From an uncultured Acidimicrobiia bacterium (GTDB taxonomy: Bacteria; Actinomycetota; Acidimicrobiia; Spongiisociales; JAENVV01): a stretch of DNA of 64,000 nt. A program made the translations under genes and the position numbers. The DNA lies in contig CBDUEV010000007.1 in NCBI GenBank assembly GCA_965366365.1, forward strand, positions 774 through 64,773, given 5' to 3'. Under the pieces are notes generated by a model that saw only the letters and a program-made list of their open reading frames with translations, did not search any database and had not been told where the DNA came from. Shown here in pieces: positions 1-8,632 of the stretch. How positions within the stretch are numbered: position 1 is the stretch's first letter; each line of letters opens with the position of its first letter.

Positions 1-159
1 TTCGAGGAGCAGCAGGTAGTCGTCGAGGGAGCGTCCCTCGACACGCCCCTCCCAGAACGCCTTCTGCAGATCCCACGCCTCGTCGTAGGGAAGCCGGCCG
101 AGCCATCTCGTGCGCAGGAGCGGACGAAGTTGGACAGTGCCGGGGTGACCGCTGTTCAC
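1..159 (-). CDS. lipB: Lipoyl(octanoyl) transferase LipB, N-terminal part (runs off the window)
   Basis: Hand translation of the minus strand from GTG at 159 gives VNSGHPGTVQLRPLLRTRWLGRLPYDEAWDLQKAFWEGRVEGRSLDDYLLLLE, a typical LipB N-terminus. The GTGA overlaps the E2 stop, and the E2-lipB order matches actinobacteria. Confidence 0.7.
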   Translation of the reverse strand, partial: MNSGHPGTVQLRPLLRTRWLGRLPYDEAWDLQKAFWEGRVEGRSLDDYLLLLE

Positions 160-1982
160 GTGAGTTCCTGCTCCCAATCCCACGTCTCGAGATTCTCCTT
201 GATCTTGCGGAGAAACAGCACAGCGGTACTGCCGTCGAAGGCGCGGTGATCCCAGGTCAGCCCGAGGTAGCCGATGTGCCGGATGGCGATCGTGTCCTGG
301 CCGTCGGGAGTGGTGACCACCGTCGCCCGCTTCGTCACGGTGTCCGTGGAGAGGATCGCCACGTTGGGAACGTTGATGATGGGCGCCGACATGAACGATC
401 CAAACGGACCCGGATTGGTGATGGTGAAGGTGGATCCGGAGATATCGGCCGGATCGAGCTTTCCGCTTCGCGCCTTCTCTGCCAGCGTCTTCACGCCTCT
501 GGCCAATCCCACCAGACGCAGCGTATCGGCCGCCTTGATGGCGGCGACGATCAACCCGCCCTGGTTCAGGTCGATGGCGATGCCCAGATTGACCGAGGTG
601 TGGAAGACGGCCTTCTTCTCAGGCAGGTAGAACGAACTGTTGACCACCGGGTACTCGTTGAGGGCGTCGATCGTGGCTCGCGCGATGAAGGGGAGGTAGG
701 TGAGCGAGAAACCTTCGGTCGCCTTGAACTCTGCCTTGTGAGCTTGCCGCACCCGCTCGACTCGTTCGAAGTCCACCTCCACCGACGTCCAGACATGAGC
801 GGCCGTCTGCTTGGCCTTGATCATGTTTTCCCCGATCCGGGCCCGCAGTCGATCGAGGTCCTCCACGCGATCGCCCGCCATGGTTGGAACATCGGCGGCG
901 GGGGCGGCCGCCGCGGGTGCTTGAGCCGACGGCTGGGGGGTGGAGGTGGGTGCCGGCGCCGAGACGGGGGTGGCCGCCGCCGGAGCGGGAGCCGCCGCCG
1001 GAGCCGCCGCGGCCGCCGGAGCCGGGGCAGCCTGGGGGCCGCGACGGGAGATGAAGGACTCGATGTCCTTGCGGGTGATACGACCGTCCTTGCCGCTTCC
1101 CTCCACCTCGGCCAGGTCGACGGCGTGTTCCTTGGCGAGCTTCCGGACCACTGGCGAGAAGAACTTCCCCTCTGGGATCGGTGCCGCTGCCGGGGCGGCG
1201 GCGGGCGCGGCGGGAGCCTCTGCGGCGGCAATCGGGGCGTCGGCAGCTGGGGCTGCGGCAACCGGAGCGGCGGGCGCCGGGGCGGCGGCAGGAGCAGGCG
1301 GCGTCCCGGCCCCGGAGGCTTCCCCGATGACGGCCATGGGAGTACCCACAGCCACGGTGTCACCCTCAGCCGCCAGAATCTCCAGAATCACCCCGGCCAC
1401 CGGAGACGGAATCTCGGTATCCACCTTGTCCGTCGAGATCTCCACCAACACCTCATCCACGGCGATCGTGTCACCCACCTGCTTCGCCCAGCCGAGAATG
1501 GTTCCCTCGGTCACCGTCTCACCAAGCTGAGGCATCGACACCGTCGTCGAGCTTCCCGTGGCCGCCGGAGGGGCCTCGGCGGCGGGCGCCGGCTCGGGCG
1601 CCGGGGCCGGAGCGGCTTCCGGTTGAGGAGCGGGGGCAGGCTGAGGAGCCGCATCCGGTTGGCCGGACTCGGGTTGGCCAGACTCGGGTTGGCCGGTGGC
1701 CGGCTCGGGCGCGGCAGGCGGCGCCTGAGACGAACCAGCCTCGGAGGCTTCCCCGATGACGGCCATGGGAGTACCCACAGCCACGGTGTCACCCTCAGCC
1801 GCCAGAATCTCCAGAATCACCCCGGCCACCGGAGACGGAATCTCGGTATCCACCTTGTCCGTCGAGATCTCCACCAACACCTCATCCACGGCGATCGTGT
1901 CACCCACCTGCTTCGCCCAGCCGAGAATGGTTCCCTCGGTCACCGTCTCACCAAGCTGAGGCATCGACACCGTCGTGGCCAT
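156..1982 (-). CDS. 2-oxo-acid dehydrogenase E2 (dihydrolipoamide acyltransferase, SucB/DlaT type) with two lipoyl domains, an E3-binding domain and a catalytic domain
   Basis: ORF 156..2015. There are two MPQLGETVTEGT...EISTDKVDTEIPSP lipoyl motifs, a PSBD (SPVVRKLAKEHAVDL) and C-terminal catalytic DHRAFDG. I prefer the ATG at 1982 because GGAGAAGGAG lies just upstream. Confidence 0.93.
   Translation of the reverse strand: MATTVSMPQLGETVTEGTILGWAKQVGDTIAVDEVLVEISTDKVDTEIPSPVAGVILEILAAEGDTVAVGTPMAVIGEASEAGSSQAPPAAPEPATGQPESGQPESGQPDAAPQPAPAPQPEAAPAPAPEPAPAAEAPPAATGSSTTVSMPQLGETVTEGTILGWAKQVGDTIAVDEVLVEISTDKVDTEIPSPVAGVILEILAAEGDTVAVGTPMAVIGEASGAGTPPAPAAAPAPAAPVAAAPAADAPIAAAEAPAAPAAAPAAAPIPEGKFFSPVVRKLAKEHAVDLAEVEGSGKDGRITRKDIESFISRRGPQAAPAPAAAAAPAAAPAPAAATPVSAPAPTSTPQPSAQAPAAAAPAADVPTMAGDRVEDLDRLRARIGENMIKAKQTAAHVWTSVEVDFERVERVRQAHKAEFKATEGFSLTYLPFIARATIDALNEYPVVNSSFYLPEKKAVFHTSVNLGIAIDLNQGGLIVAAIKAADTLRLVGLARGVKTLAEKARSGKLDPADISGSTFTITNPGPFGSFMSAPIINVPNVAILSTDTVTKRATVVTTPDGQDTIAIRHIGYLGLTWDHRAFDGSTAVLFLRKIKENLETWDWEQELT
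1314..1976. repeat. Two 234-bp direct repeats (1314..1547 and 1743..1976), identical by eye and offset by 429 nt, each encoding one lipoyl domain
   Basis: Base-by-base comparison of the two stretches. Both encode the identical 78-aa segment TTVSMPQLGE...AVIGEAS. The linker between them also has GQPES x3 micro-repeats. Confidence 0.9.
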
Positions 1983-2060
1983 GTGTGCAATCTCCTTCTC
2001 CGTACCGATTTCCAACCTACGCCCGCTTGGGCTTGTTCCCCCGCCCGCCCAAGGCGTGCG

Positions 2061-3431
2061 CTAGTGCAGTCCCCGCCCCGTCGAGGCGAGGAGCGTCTCA
2101 CCCACCGCCTCGGACAGCGTCGGGTGCGCATGGATGAAGGCGGCGGCTTCCTCGGGGAGGGCTTCCCATCCCACGCTGTACATCAATTCATGGATCATCT
2201 CGCCCGCCTGAGGTCCGACGATCGAAGCACCGAGGATAGGGCCGCCCTTTTCGGCGACCACTTTCACCAGACCATGATTCTGTCCGATGATCTGGGCTCT
2301 GCCGACCCCCAGGAAGGAATGAGTGTGGATCTCCACGTCGTAGCCGCTCTCGATGGCCTTGGCTTCCGTCAGACCCACCTCTGCCATCTCGGGATGGGTG
2401 TACACGACGAGAGGAATGGCCCGGTAGTCCACGGGAGCAGTCCCGCCGGTGGCGATATGGGTGACGGCGGCGATCGCCTCGGCGAATCCGGCGTGGGCCA
2501 GTTGCGGTACCCCTGCCACGATGTCACCGACGGCATAGACCCCGGCTTCGGCCGTTTCCTGGGTGTCTCGATCGACATGCACGTAGCCGCGTTCCACCTC
2601 GGTCTTGACCGTGTCGAAGCCGACGTTGTCCGTGAGCGGGGCACGGCCGACGGCAACGAGGACGACGTCGACCTCGATTCGCTCGTCTCCGAGCGGAACG
2701 ACCACCCCGGAGTCCGTGACCTCGGGGGCTCCTACGCTGGCTCCCAGATGGAACTTCACCTTGCGGCGCTTCAGCAGTTTCTGGAGCTCCGCGGCGGCTT
2801 TGGCGTCGGCGCCCGGAACGATCTGGTCCATCAGTTCAAACACGTGGACTTCGGCGCCCAGATCGGTGAGCAGGCTGGCGAATTCACAACCGATCGCTCC
2901 GGCTCCGATGATGGCGACCCGGTTGGGGCGGCTCTCCCAGTCCAGGGCGTGATCCGACGAGACGATGTGCACGCCGTCGAAGTCGTAGTTGGGGATGCTG
3001 CGGGGCACGGAGCCGGTGGCCATGATGACGTTACGCCCCTCGAGGACCTGTTGTCCGTCGGCGGTGTCCACCACCACCTTGCCAGGGCCATCCAGTCGAC
3101 CAAACCCGTTCACGACCTCGACCTTGCGAGCTTTCAGCAGTCCGGACAACCCACCGACGAGCCCCTCGACGATCTTGTTCTTCCTGGCCAGTGCGGTGGC
3201 CCATTCGAAGCTCGGCGGGTCGACGACAACCCCGAATTCGGCCGCCGATTCGACCGTGGTGTAGACCTCGGCGGACTGCAGCCACGCCTTGGCGGGAATG
3301 CATCCCCGCAGCAGGCAGGTCCCGCCGACCCGTTCCTTCTCGACGAGGGCAACCGAAAGTCCAAAGTTGTGGGCATAGAGCGCGGCGGCATACCCGCCTG
3401 GCCCACCACCCACGATCACGACGTCGTACAC
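2061..3431 (-). CDS. lpd: Dihydrolipoyl dehydrogenase (E3)
   Basis: MYDVVIVGGGPGGYAAALYA FAD motif and the redox-active GGTCLLRGCIPAK disulfide. 456 aa, directly upstream of E2. Confidence 0.95.
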   Translation of the reverse strand: MYDVVIVGGGPGGYAAALYAHNFGLSVALVEKERVGGTCLLRGCIPAKAWLQSAEVYTTVESAAEFGVVVDPPSFEWATALARKNKIVEGLVGGLSGLLKARKVEVVNGFGRLDGPGKVVVDTADGQQVLEGRNVIMATGSVPRSIPNYDFDGVHIVSSDHALDWESRPNRVAIIGAGAIGCEFASLLTDLGAEVHVFELMDQIVPGADAKAAAELQKLLKRRKVKFHLGASVGAPEVTDSGVVVPLGDERIEVDVVLVAVGRAPLTDNVGFDTVKTEVERGYVHVDRDTQETAEAGVYAVGDIVAGVPQLAHAGFAEAIAAVTHIATGGTAPVDYRAIPLVVYTHPEMAEVGLTEAKAIESGYDVEIHTHSFLGVGRAQIIGQNHGLVKVVAEKGGPILGASIVGPQAGEMIHELMYSVGWEALPEEAAAFIHAHPTLSEAVGETLLASTGRGLH

Positions 3432-3535
3432 GGATCCTCCGCAGCTTCGAGAACTGTTCGTTCGGCCAGCCTAGTGGTCTCCTTGCCAAGACGATTTGGC
3501 GATATCGAGGCAGGCCGATCTACCCTGCCACGGTC

Positions 3536-3628
3536 ATGCAAACACGCTATCTGTTGCTCTGGTCGGTTGCGCTGGCCCTCGCCATCCTGGCGGCGGCTGC
3601 CTTCAAGTTCTTCGTGCAGTTTGGCTGA
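3536..3628 (+). CDS. Candidate 30-aa single-pass hydrophobic peptide (MQTRYLLLWSVALALAILAAAAFKFFVQFG)
   Basis: ATG..TGA read by hand in the lpd/DinB divergent spacer. The stop lies 3 nt before the DinB-family ATG. There is no clear SD and the call is purely compositional. Confidence 0.2.
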   Translation: MQTRYLLLWSVALALAILAAAAFKFFVQFG

Positions 3629-3631
3629 GGG

Positions 3632-4453
3632 ATGGCGCACGACCGAGCCGACGAGGTGAGCGTCGCCGAAATCCTGGCGGATCTGGTGGAAGAGCAGGGC
3701 GCTCTCGACGAGATCGTCTGCGGCCTGTCAGCCGACCAATGGGCCCTTCCGACGCCCAGCCCGCGATGGACCATCGCCCACCAGATCGCTCATCTCGCCT
3801 ACTTCGACCGGGCCGCCGTCGTGGCGATCACCAGCCCTGAGGCGTTCAAGGAACTGGTCACTGAGATGTGGGAGGCGGCGAGCGGCGGGGACGAGGTCAT
3901 CGACGCCCTGAGCCTGACCCCGCTCCTGGCGCTGGGCCCCAAAGGCCTCCTGGCCGACTGGCGGGCGAGCCGGCGCGAGCTGGCAGCGGCGGCAGACCGG
4001 CTGACCGACGATGCTCGCCTCTTCTGGTACGGGCCCTCGATGAGCGCACGCTCCTTCCTGACGGCTCGTCTCATGGAGGTGTGGGCGCACGGACAGGACG
4101 TCGTGGACACGTTGGGTGTCGAGCGCCCGGCCACCGATCGACTGCGGCACATCGCACAGCTCGGCTTCCTCACCCGCGGTTGGTCGTTCACCAACCGGGG
4201 TCAGGTTCCCCCACGGTCCGAGGTGCGACTTGCCTTGACGGCACCGTCGGGAGCGCCCTGGAAGTGGGGCTCGGAAGACGCTCCGGATGCGGTCTCCGGT
4301 TCGGCAGAGGAGTTCTGCCTGGTCGTCACACAGCGGCGCCACCTGGACGACACTGCGCTGAAGGTGACAGGCGAGGCCGCCAGGAGCTGGCTGGTCTCCG
4401 CCCAGGCGTTCGCCGGTCCGCCCACGGATGGCCCCCCGCCCGGCAGGTTCTGA
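3632..4453 (+). CDS. Mycothiol-dependent maleylpyruvate-isomerase-family / DinB-fold metal-binding protein (TIGR03084-like)
   Basis: N-terminal DinB-type helix bundle with WTIAHQIAHLAYFD and MEVWAHGQD His motifs. 273 aa. Confidence 0.7.
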   Translation: MAHDRADEVSVAEILADLVEEQGALDEIVCGLSADQWALPTPSPRWTIAHQIAHLAYFDRAAVVAITSPEAFKELVTEMWEAASGGDEVIDALSLTPLLALGPKGLLADWRASRRELAAAADRLTDDARLFWYGPSMSARSFLTARLMEVWAHGQDVVDTLGVERPATDRLRHIAQLGFLTRGWSFTNRGQVPPRSEVRLALTAPSGAPWKWGSEDAPDAVSGSAEEFCLVVTQRRHLDDTALKVTGEAARSWLVSAQAFAGPPTDGPPPGRF

Positions 4454-4477
4454 CCGAGTCGAGGCGTCCAGGGCCGG

Positions 4478-6073
4478 TTACTCCCCCGCCACCAACACCG
4501 CTTCCTGTGGACCGAGTGTGAGCGGTGCCTCGACAACGGTGCGGGATGGATCTGTGGAGATGACCAGGCGTCGCCCTTCGAAATCTGCCGTGTCGACCCG
4601 AACCGACCCATCGGTGAAGTTGGCCGCCACGAAGAGCTGCTCGCTCTCCAAGCGGCGCACGAACGCGAAGAGGCCGCCGTCCGCCTGCGGGACGGTTTCG
4701 TAGTCGCCCAGAAGCAAAGTCTGCGACCCCCGCCGGTAGGCGAGGAGCCTGCGATACAGCGAGAGCATCGATGCCGGATCCTCCAGCTCAGAGGCGACAT
4801 TCCGGACGTCCATCTCGGGACCCATCGGGAGCCATGTGTCCGGATTGTCCGAGAACCCTCCGGATGGGGTCCACGCCATCGGGGTGCGGCATCCGTCCCG
4901 GCCCAGCCCGGGGACGTTCTTCCCCCACGGGTCGTGGGCCAGCTCCGGCGGAATCTCCGCTTCGAGCATTCCCAGCTCGTCGCCGTAATAGAGCGTAGGA
5001 GTTCCCCGCAGCGTGAGAAGAAGGAGCGCCACCCGACGCGCCCCGAGGTCACCGACCCGAGAGGCGATTCGGGCCTCATCGTGATTCCCCACCACGTACG
5101 AAGCCCATGCCCCTGGGGGCAGCACGGCTTCCAGACTCTCGACGGCGGACCGGAACGACTGGGCGTCTCGACAGGCCCCCAGCAGGGCGAAGTTGTACGG
5201 CTGATGGAGCTCGTCCAGGTCGGAGCCGTAGTAGGCCGCCCATTCCGCCCAGTCGGAGATGTGGATCTCACCGACGGAGTAGCGCTCGGGGTATTCGTCG
5301 AGGACGGTCCGCAGTTCCCGAAAGAGGGCGTGAATGTCGCGATGACCCTTGTCATGGATATGCAGTTGGGTGTCGTACTCGCCCAGCGGCTTGTGCATCA
5401 CCGCCGCCGCAACAGGGGCGGCGGGGTTGTCTCGCAGGTCGGGGTCTTTCATGACGTAGTGGGCAACGTCGATTCGAAAGCCGTCGACGCGCCGATCCAT
5501 CCAGAATCGCAGCACGTCGAACATCGCTTCCTTCACCTCGGGGTTCCGCCAGTTGAGATCTGGCTGCTCCCTCAGGAACTTGTGGAGGTAGTACTGGCCC
5601 GAAGCCGGGTCGAACTCCCAAGCCTTGCCGCCGAACACGCTCAACCAGTTGTTGGGCGGGCCCCCATCGGGGGCCGGGTCTCGCCACACGTACCAATCTC
5701 GTTTGGCGGAGTCGACGCCGGCGCGAGATTCGAGGAACCAGGGGTGCTGGTCGGAGGTGTGGTTCGGGACGAAGTCGACGATGAGCTTGATGCCGTGTCG
5801 ATGAAGCTCCGCGACGAGTCGGTCGAAGTCCTCCATCGTTCCGTACTGCGGGTCGACGGCCGTGTAGTCGGCCACGTCGTAGCCGAAGTCGGCCTGCGGC
5901 GACGGATAGAACGGGGAGAGCCACACGGCGTCGATGCCTAGGGTCTCGGCGAGATACGGCACCCGCCGGCGAATTCCCTCGAGGTCGCCGATTCCCGACC
6001 CCGTTGAATCCGAAAAACTGCGCGGATAGATCTGATAGATGACGGCCGTCTGCCACCACGGAGCTCGATCCAT
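4478..6073 (-). CDS. GH13 alpha-glucosidase / oligo-1,6-glucosidase family
   Basis: WWQTAVIYQIYPRSF, GIDAVWLSPFYPSP, DFVPNHTSDQHPWF, GFRIDVAHY, VVGNHDE signatures. Start moved to MDRAPWW (ATG at 6073). Confidence 0.9.
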   Translation of the reverse strand: MDRAPWWQTAVIYQIYPRSFSDSTGSGIGDLEGIRRRVPYLAETLGIDAVWLSPFYPSPQADFGYDVADYTAVDPQYGTMEDFDRLVAELHRHGIKLIVDFVPNHTSDQHPWFLESRAGVDSAKRDWYVWRDPAPDGGPPNNWLSVFGGKAWEFDPASGQYYLHKFLREQPDLNWRNPEVKEAMFDVLRFWMDRRVDGFRIDVAHYVMKDPDLRDNPAAPVAAAVMHKPLGEYDTQLHIHDKGHRDIHALFRELRTVLDEYPERYSVGEIHISDWAEWAAYYGSDLDELHQPYNFALLGACRDAQSFRSAVESLEAVLPPGAWASYVVGNHDEARIASRVGDLGARRVALLLLTLRGTPTLYYGDELGMLEAEIPPELAHDPWGKNVPGLGRDGCRTPMAWTPSGGFSDNPDTWLPMGPEMDVRNVASELEDPASMLSLYRRLLAYRRGSQTLLLGDYETVPQADGGLFAFVRRLESEQLFVAANFTDGSVRVDTADFEGRRLVISTDPSRTVVEAPLTLGPQEAVLVAGE

Positions 6074-6165
6074 GAGGCGGCACACTACTCGTTCCCGTAC
6101 CACGGTCGGCCCTGACGCACGCAGCCTGGAGGAATCTCCTCGACCTGTCCGAGGTTGAACACCAC

Positions 6166-6480
6166 ATGCGTATCCAGATTCTGCACTTCGCCGACTGCCC
6201 GAACTGGCAAAGTCTGACCGACCTCGTCGAGGAAGCACTCGACCGCCTTGGCCTCGACTCCACGATCGAATTCGTCACAGTCGACACTCCGGAGCTGGCA
6301 CGGCGATGGCGCTTCCGCGGTTCCCCCACATTGTGGCTCGACGGTGAGGACCCATTCCTGGACGAAAGTGCCCCGATCGGACTTTCCTGTCGTTTGTACC
6401 GAACTCCTGAGGGACTCAGGGGATCTCCCGATTCAGTACAACTGATGAGTGCCCTGTCGAGCGCACTGGGTGGCTCCTGA
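6166..6480 (+). CDS. Small thioredoxin-fold-like protein (single DCP cysteine, no CxxC)
   Basis: 104-aa ORF, MRIQILHFADCPNW...GSPTLWLDGEDPF, resembling short Trx-like/DUF-type actinobacterial proteins. Family assignment is from memory only. Confidence 0.5.
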   Translation: MRIQILHFADCPNWQSLTDLVEEALDRLGLDSTIEFVTVDTPELARRWRFRGSPTLWLDGEDPFLDESAPIGLSCRLYRTPEGLRGSPDSVQLMSALSSALGGS

Positions 6481-6521
6481 CAGCAAACCCTCGTGCGGTA
6501 GTGTCGTGACTGCCATAGGAG

Positions 6522-7889
6522 GTGTCCGTCAAACGCATCGTTGTAGTCGCCAACCGCCTTCCCGTCTCCTGGGACGGCACGCAATGGGAGACCAGCCCTG
6601 GGGGGTTGGTCCGCGCCCTCGGCCCCGTGCTCAGGGAATCAGAAGGGTCGTGGGTGGGGTGGCCTGGAATCGCGGGTTTCGACCCGGGACCGTTCGACCA
6701 TGAGGGGATCGAGCAGCGGCCCGTCTCTCTCAGCGAGGAAGAAATCGACGGGTTCTATTTCGGGTTCTGCAACGGAACGCTGTGGCCTCTCTACCACGAC
6801 GCCGTGTCCTCCCCCGAGTTCCACCGCCACACCTGGCGTCCCTACGTCAAGGTCAACGAGCGTTACGCCGCCGAGGCGGCGGCCGCCATGGGCCCCGGCG
6901 ATCTGGCCTGGATCCAGGACTATCAGCTCCAGCTGGTTCCCTCCATGCTTCGGGAGATCAACCCCGACGCCACCATCGGCTTCTACCTGCACATCCCTTT
7001 CCCACCGATCGAGCTGTTTGCGCGGCTGCCATGGCGGCGCCAAATCGTGGAAGGCCTGCTCGGCGCCGACGTGGTGGCCTTCCAAACCCGCCAGAGCGCC
7101 GACAACTTCGCCAGGGCCGCCCGACGCTTCGGCGGCGCCGAAGCGCGCGGCAAGCGCGACCTTCGGTGGAACGACCGCAATATCCATCTTCAGCCCGCCC
7201 CGATCGCCATCGACCCAAAGGAGTTCGAGCGAATGGCGCGCTCGGAGGAGGTCCAGGACCGCGCCCGTGCTCTCAGACACGAACTCGGTGATGTGGACAC
7301 GATCGTGCTCGGCGTCGATCGCCTCGACTACACCAAGGGCATCGACCTTCGCCTCAAGGCGATCGCCGGGCTCCTCGAAACAGCCCCCGAACGCAAATAC
7401 GCCTATGTGCAGGTCGCCGTTCCCAGCCGGGAGGGAGTTCCTGCCTACCAAGAGCTGCGGGGAGACGTCGAGCAGCTTGTGGGCCGCATCAACGGTGAGT
7501 TCGGCTCGGCCGGATGGGCTCCCATCTCTTATCTCTATCGGGCCGTGCCCTTCGAAGAATTGGTGGCGCTCTACGTAGCCGCCGACATCATGTTGGTCAC
7601 GCCGTTGCGCGACGGCATGAATCTCGTCGCCAAGGAATACGTCGCCTGCCGGGTGGCCGGTGACGGTGTCCTCGTGCTCAGCGAGTTTGCCGGCGCGGCC
7701 GAGCAGCTCACTGCCGCCATGATCGTCAATCCGCACGACGTCGATGAGGTCTCCCGAACGATCGCCGCCGCAGCCTCGATGGACGAAGCCGAGGTCCGCC
7801 TCCGCATGCGCAAACTCTCACGAGTGGTGCGGAAGTACGACGTCTTCGAATGGGCCGACGTGTGCCTGTCGGAGCTGGCCAACCGATGA
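6522..7889 (+). CDS. otsA: Alpha,alpha-trehalose-phosphate synthase (GT20)
   Basis: VVVANRLPV, WVGWPG, FCNGTLWPLYHD, LVTPLRDGMNLVAKEY motifs. GTG start abutting AGGAGG. Confidence 0.93.
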   Translation: MSVKRIVVVANRLPVSWDGTQWETSPGGLVRALGPVLRESEGSWVGWPGIAGFDPGPFDHEGIEQRPVSLSEEEIDGFYFGFCNGTLWPLYHDAVSSPEFHRHTWRPYVKVNERYAAEAAAAMGPGDLAWIQDYQLQLVPSMLREINPDATIGFYLHIPFPPIELFARLPWRRQIVEGLLGADVVAFQTRQSADNFARAARRFGGAEARGKRDLRWNDRNIHLQPAPIAIDPKEFERMARSEEVQDRARALRHELGDVDTIVLGVDRLDYTKGIDLRLKAIAGLLETAPERKYAYVQVAVPSREGVPAYQELRGDVEQLVGRINGEFGSAGWAPISYLYRAVPFEELVALYVAADIMLVTPLRDGMNLVAKEYVACRVAGDGVLVLSEFAGAAEQLTAAMIVNPHDVDEVSRTIAAAASMDEAEVRLRMRKLSRVVRKYDVFEWADVCLSELANR

Positions 7890-8632
7890 TCGATCCGCAG
7901 CTGCATGCTGCGCTGGTCGCCGCCGCACAGGCGGAGGGGCTGTTGGTGGCTTCCGATTACGACGGGACCCTCTCTCACCTGGTCGACGACCCATCCGCAG
8001 CCGTCCCCCATCGGGCCGCCATGGACGCTCTCTCGGATCTGGGTGGGCTCCCGGGTGTGGTGGCCGTGCTCATCTCCGGCCGGTCCCTCGAGGCGCTCGA
8101 ACGCCTGGCGGGCAAACCGCCCCACGTCACTCTCATCGGCACTCACGGGGCCGAGAGCTCCGACTCCCGAACCGACCCGAACATCGCTCGCCTCATCGAT
8201 TCCGTCGTCTCCGACCTCCTTGGTGTGGAGCTGGCCTTCGAGGGAACCCTGCTGGAGGAGAAGCCTGCCGGAGCGGCTCTCCACTACCGGCACGCCGCCG
8301 ACCGGGACGGCGCCGCCGCTGCCGCGCGAGCGGTTGGAGAGCGCCACTCCGTCAAGACCATCAACGGGAAGATGGTTGTCGAATTGCTGGTCGGCGAGGG
8401 CGACAAGGGAACGGCCCTCGAGACGATTCGAGTGGCATCCGGGGTCGAACGCATGGTCTTCTTCGGCGACGACACCACCGATGAGGATGTCTTTGTGGCC
8501 GCCCGGCCGGGTGACGTCACGGTCAAGGTGGGCACGGGATCGACGGCGGCTCTCTATCGCCTCGGGGACCCCGACGACGTGGGAGAGGCACTGGCCCTCC
8601 TCCTCGAAGTGCGTCAGTCCGTTGGCGGCTGA
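7886..8632 (+). CDS. otsB: Trehalose-6-phosphate phosphatase (HAD)
   Basis: LLVASDYDGTLS (DxDGT), ISGRS, FFGDDTTDED motifs. ATGA overlap with otsA. The 3' end overlaps convergent treS by 19 nt. Confidence 0.88.
   Translation: MIDPQLHAALVAAAQAEGLLVASDYDGTLSHLVDDPSAAVPHRAAMDALSDLGGLPGVVAVLISGRSLEALERLAGKPPHVTLIGTHGAESSDSRTDPNIARLIDSVVSDLLGVELAFEGTLLEEKPAGAALHYRHAADRDGAAAAARAVGERHSVKTINGKMVVELLVGEGDKGTALETIRVASGVERMVFFGDDTTDEDVFVAARPGDVTVKVGTGSTAALYRLGDPDDVGEALALLLEVRQSVGG

Noticed and set aside
246-3659. 1137-aa plus-strand ORF spanning the E2 and lpd loci. Similar giant ORFs occur at 7571..9547, 33778..35592, 37396..39021, 50490..52259 and 60055..62334.
   Set aside because: All are antisense or out of frame relative to genes with unmistakable conserved motifs. 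Their translations are Arg/Gly/Pro-rich low-complexity strings typical of stop-poor alternative frames in high-G+C DNA.
8614-8632. 19-nt convergent overlap of the otsB and treS-mak 3' ends
   Set aside because: It is real in the sequence but is a common consequence of compact genomes. Nothing suggests a special antisense mechanism.
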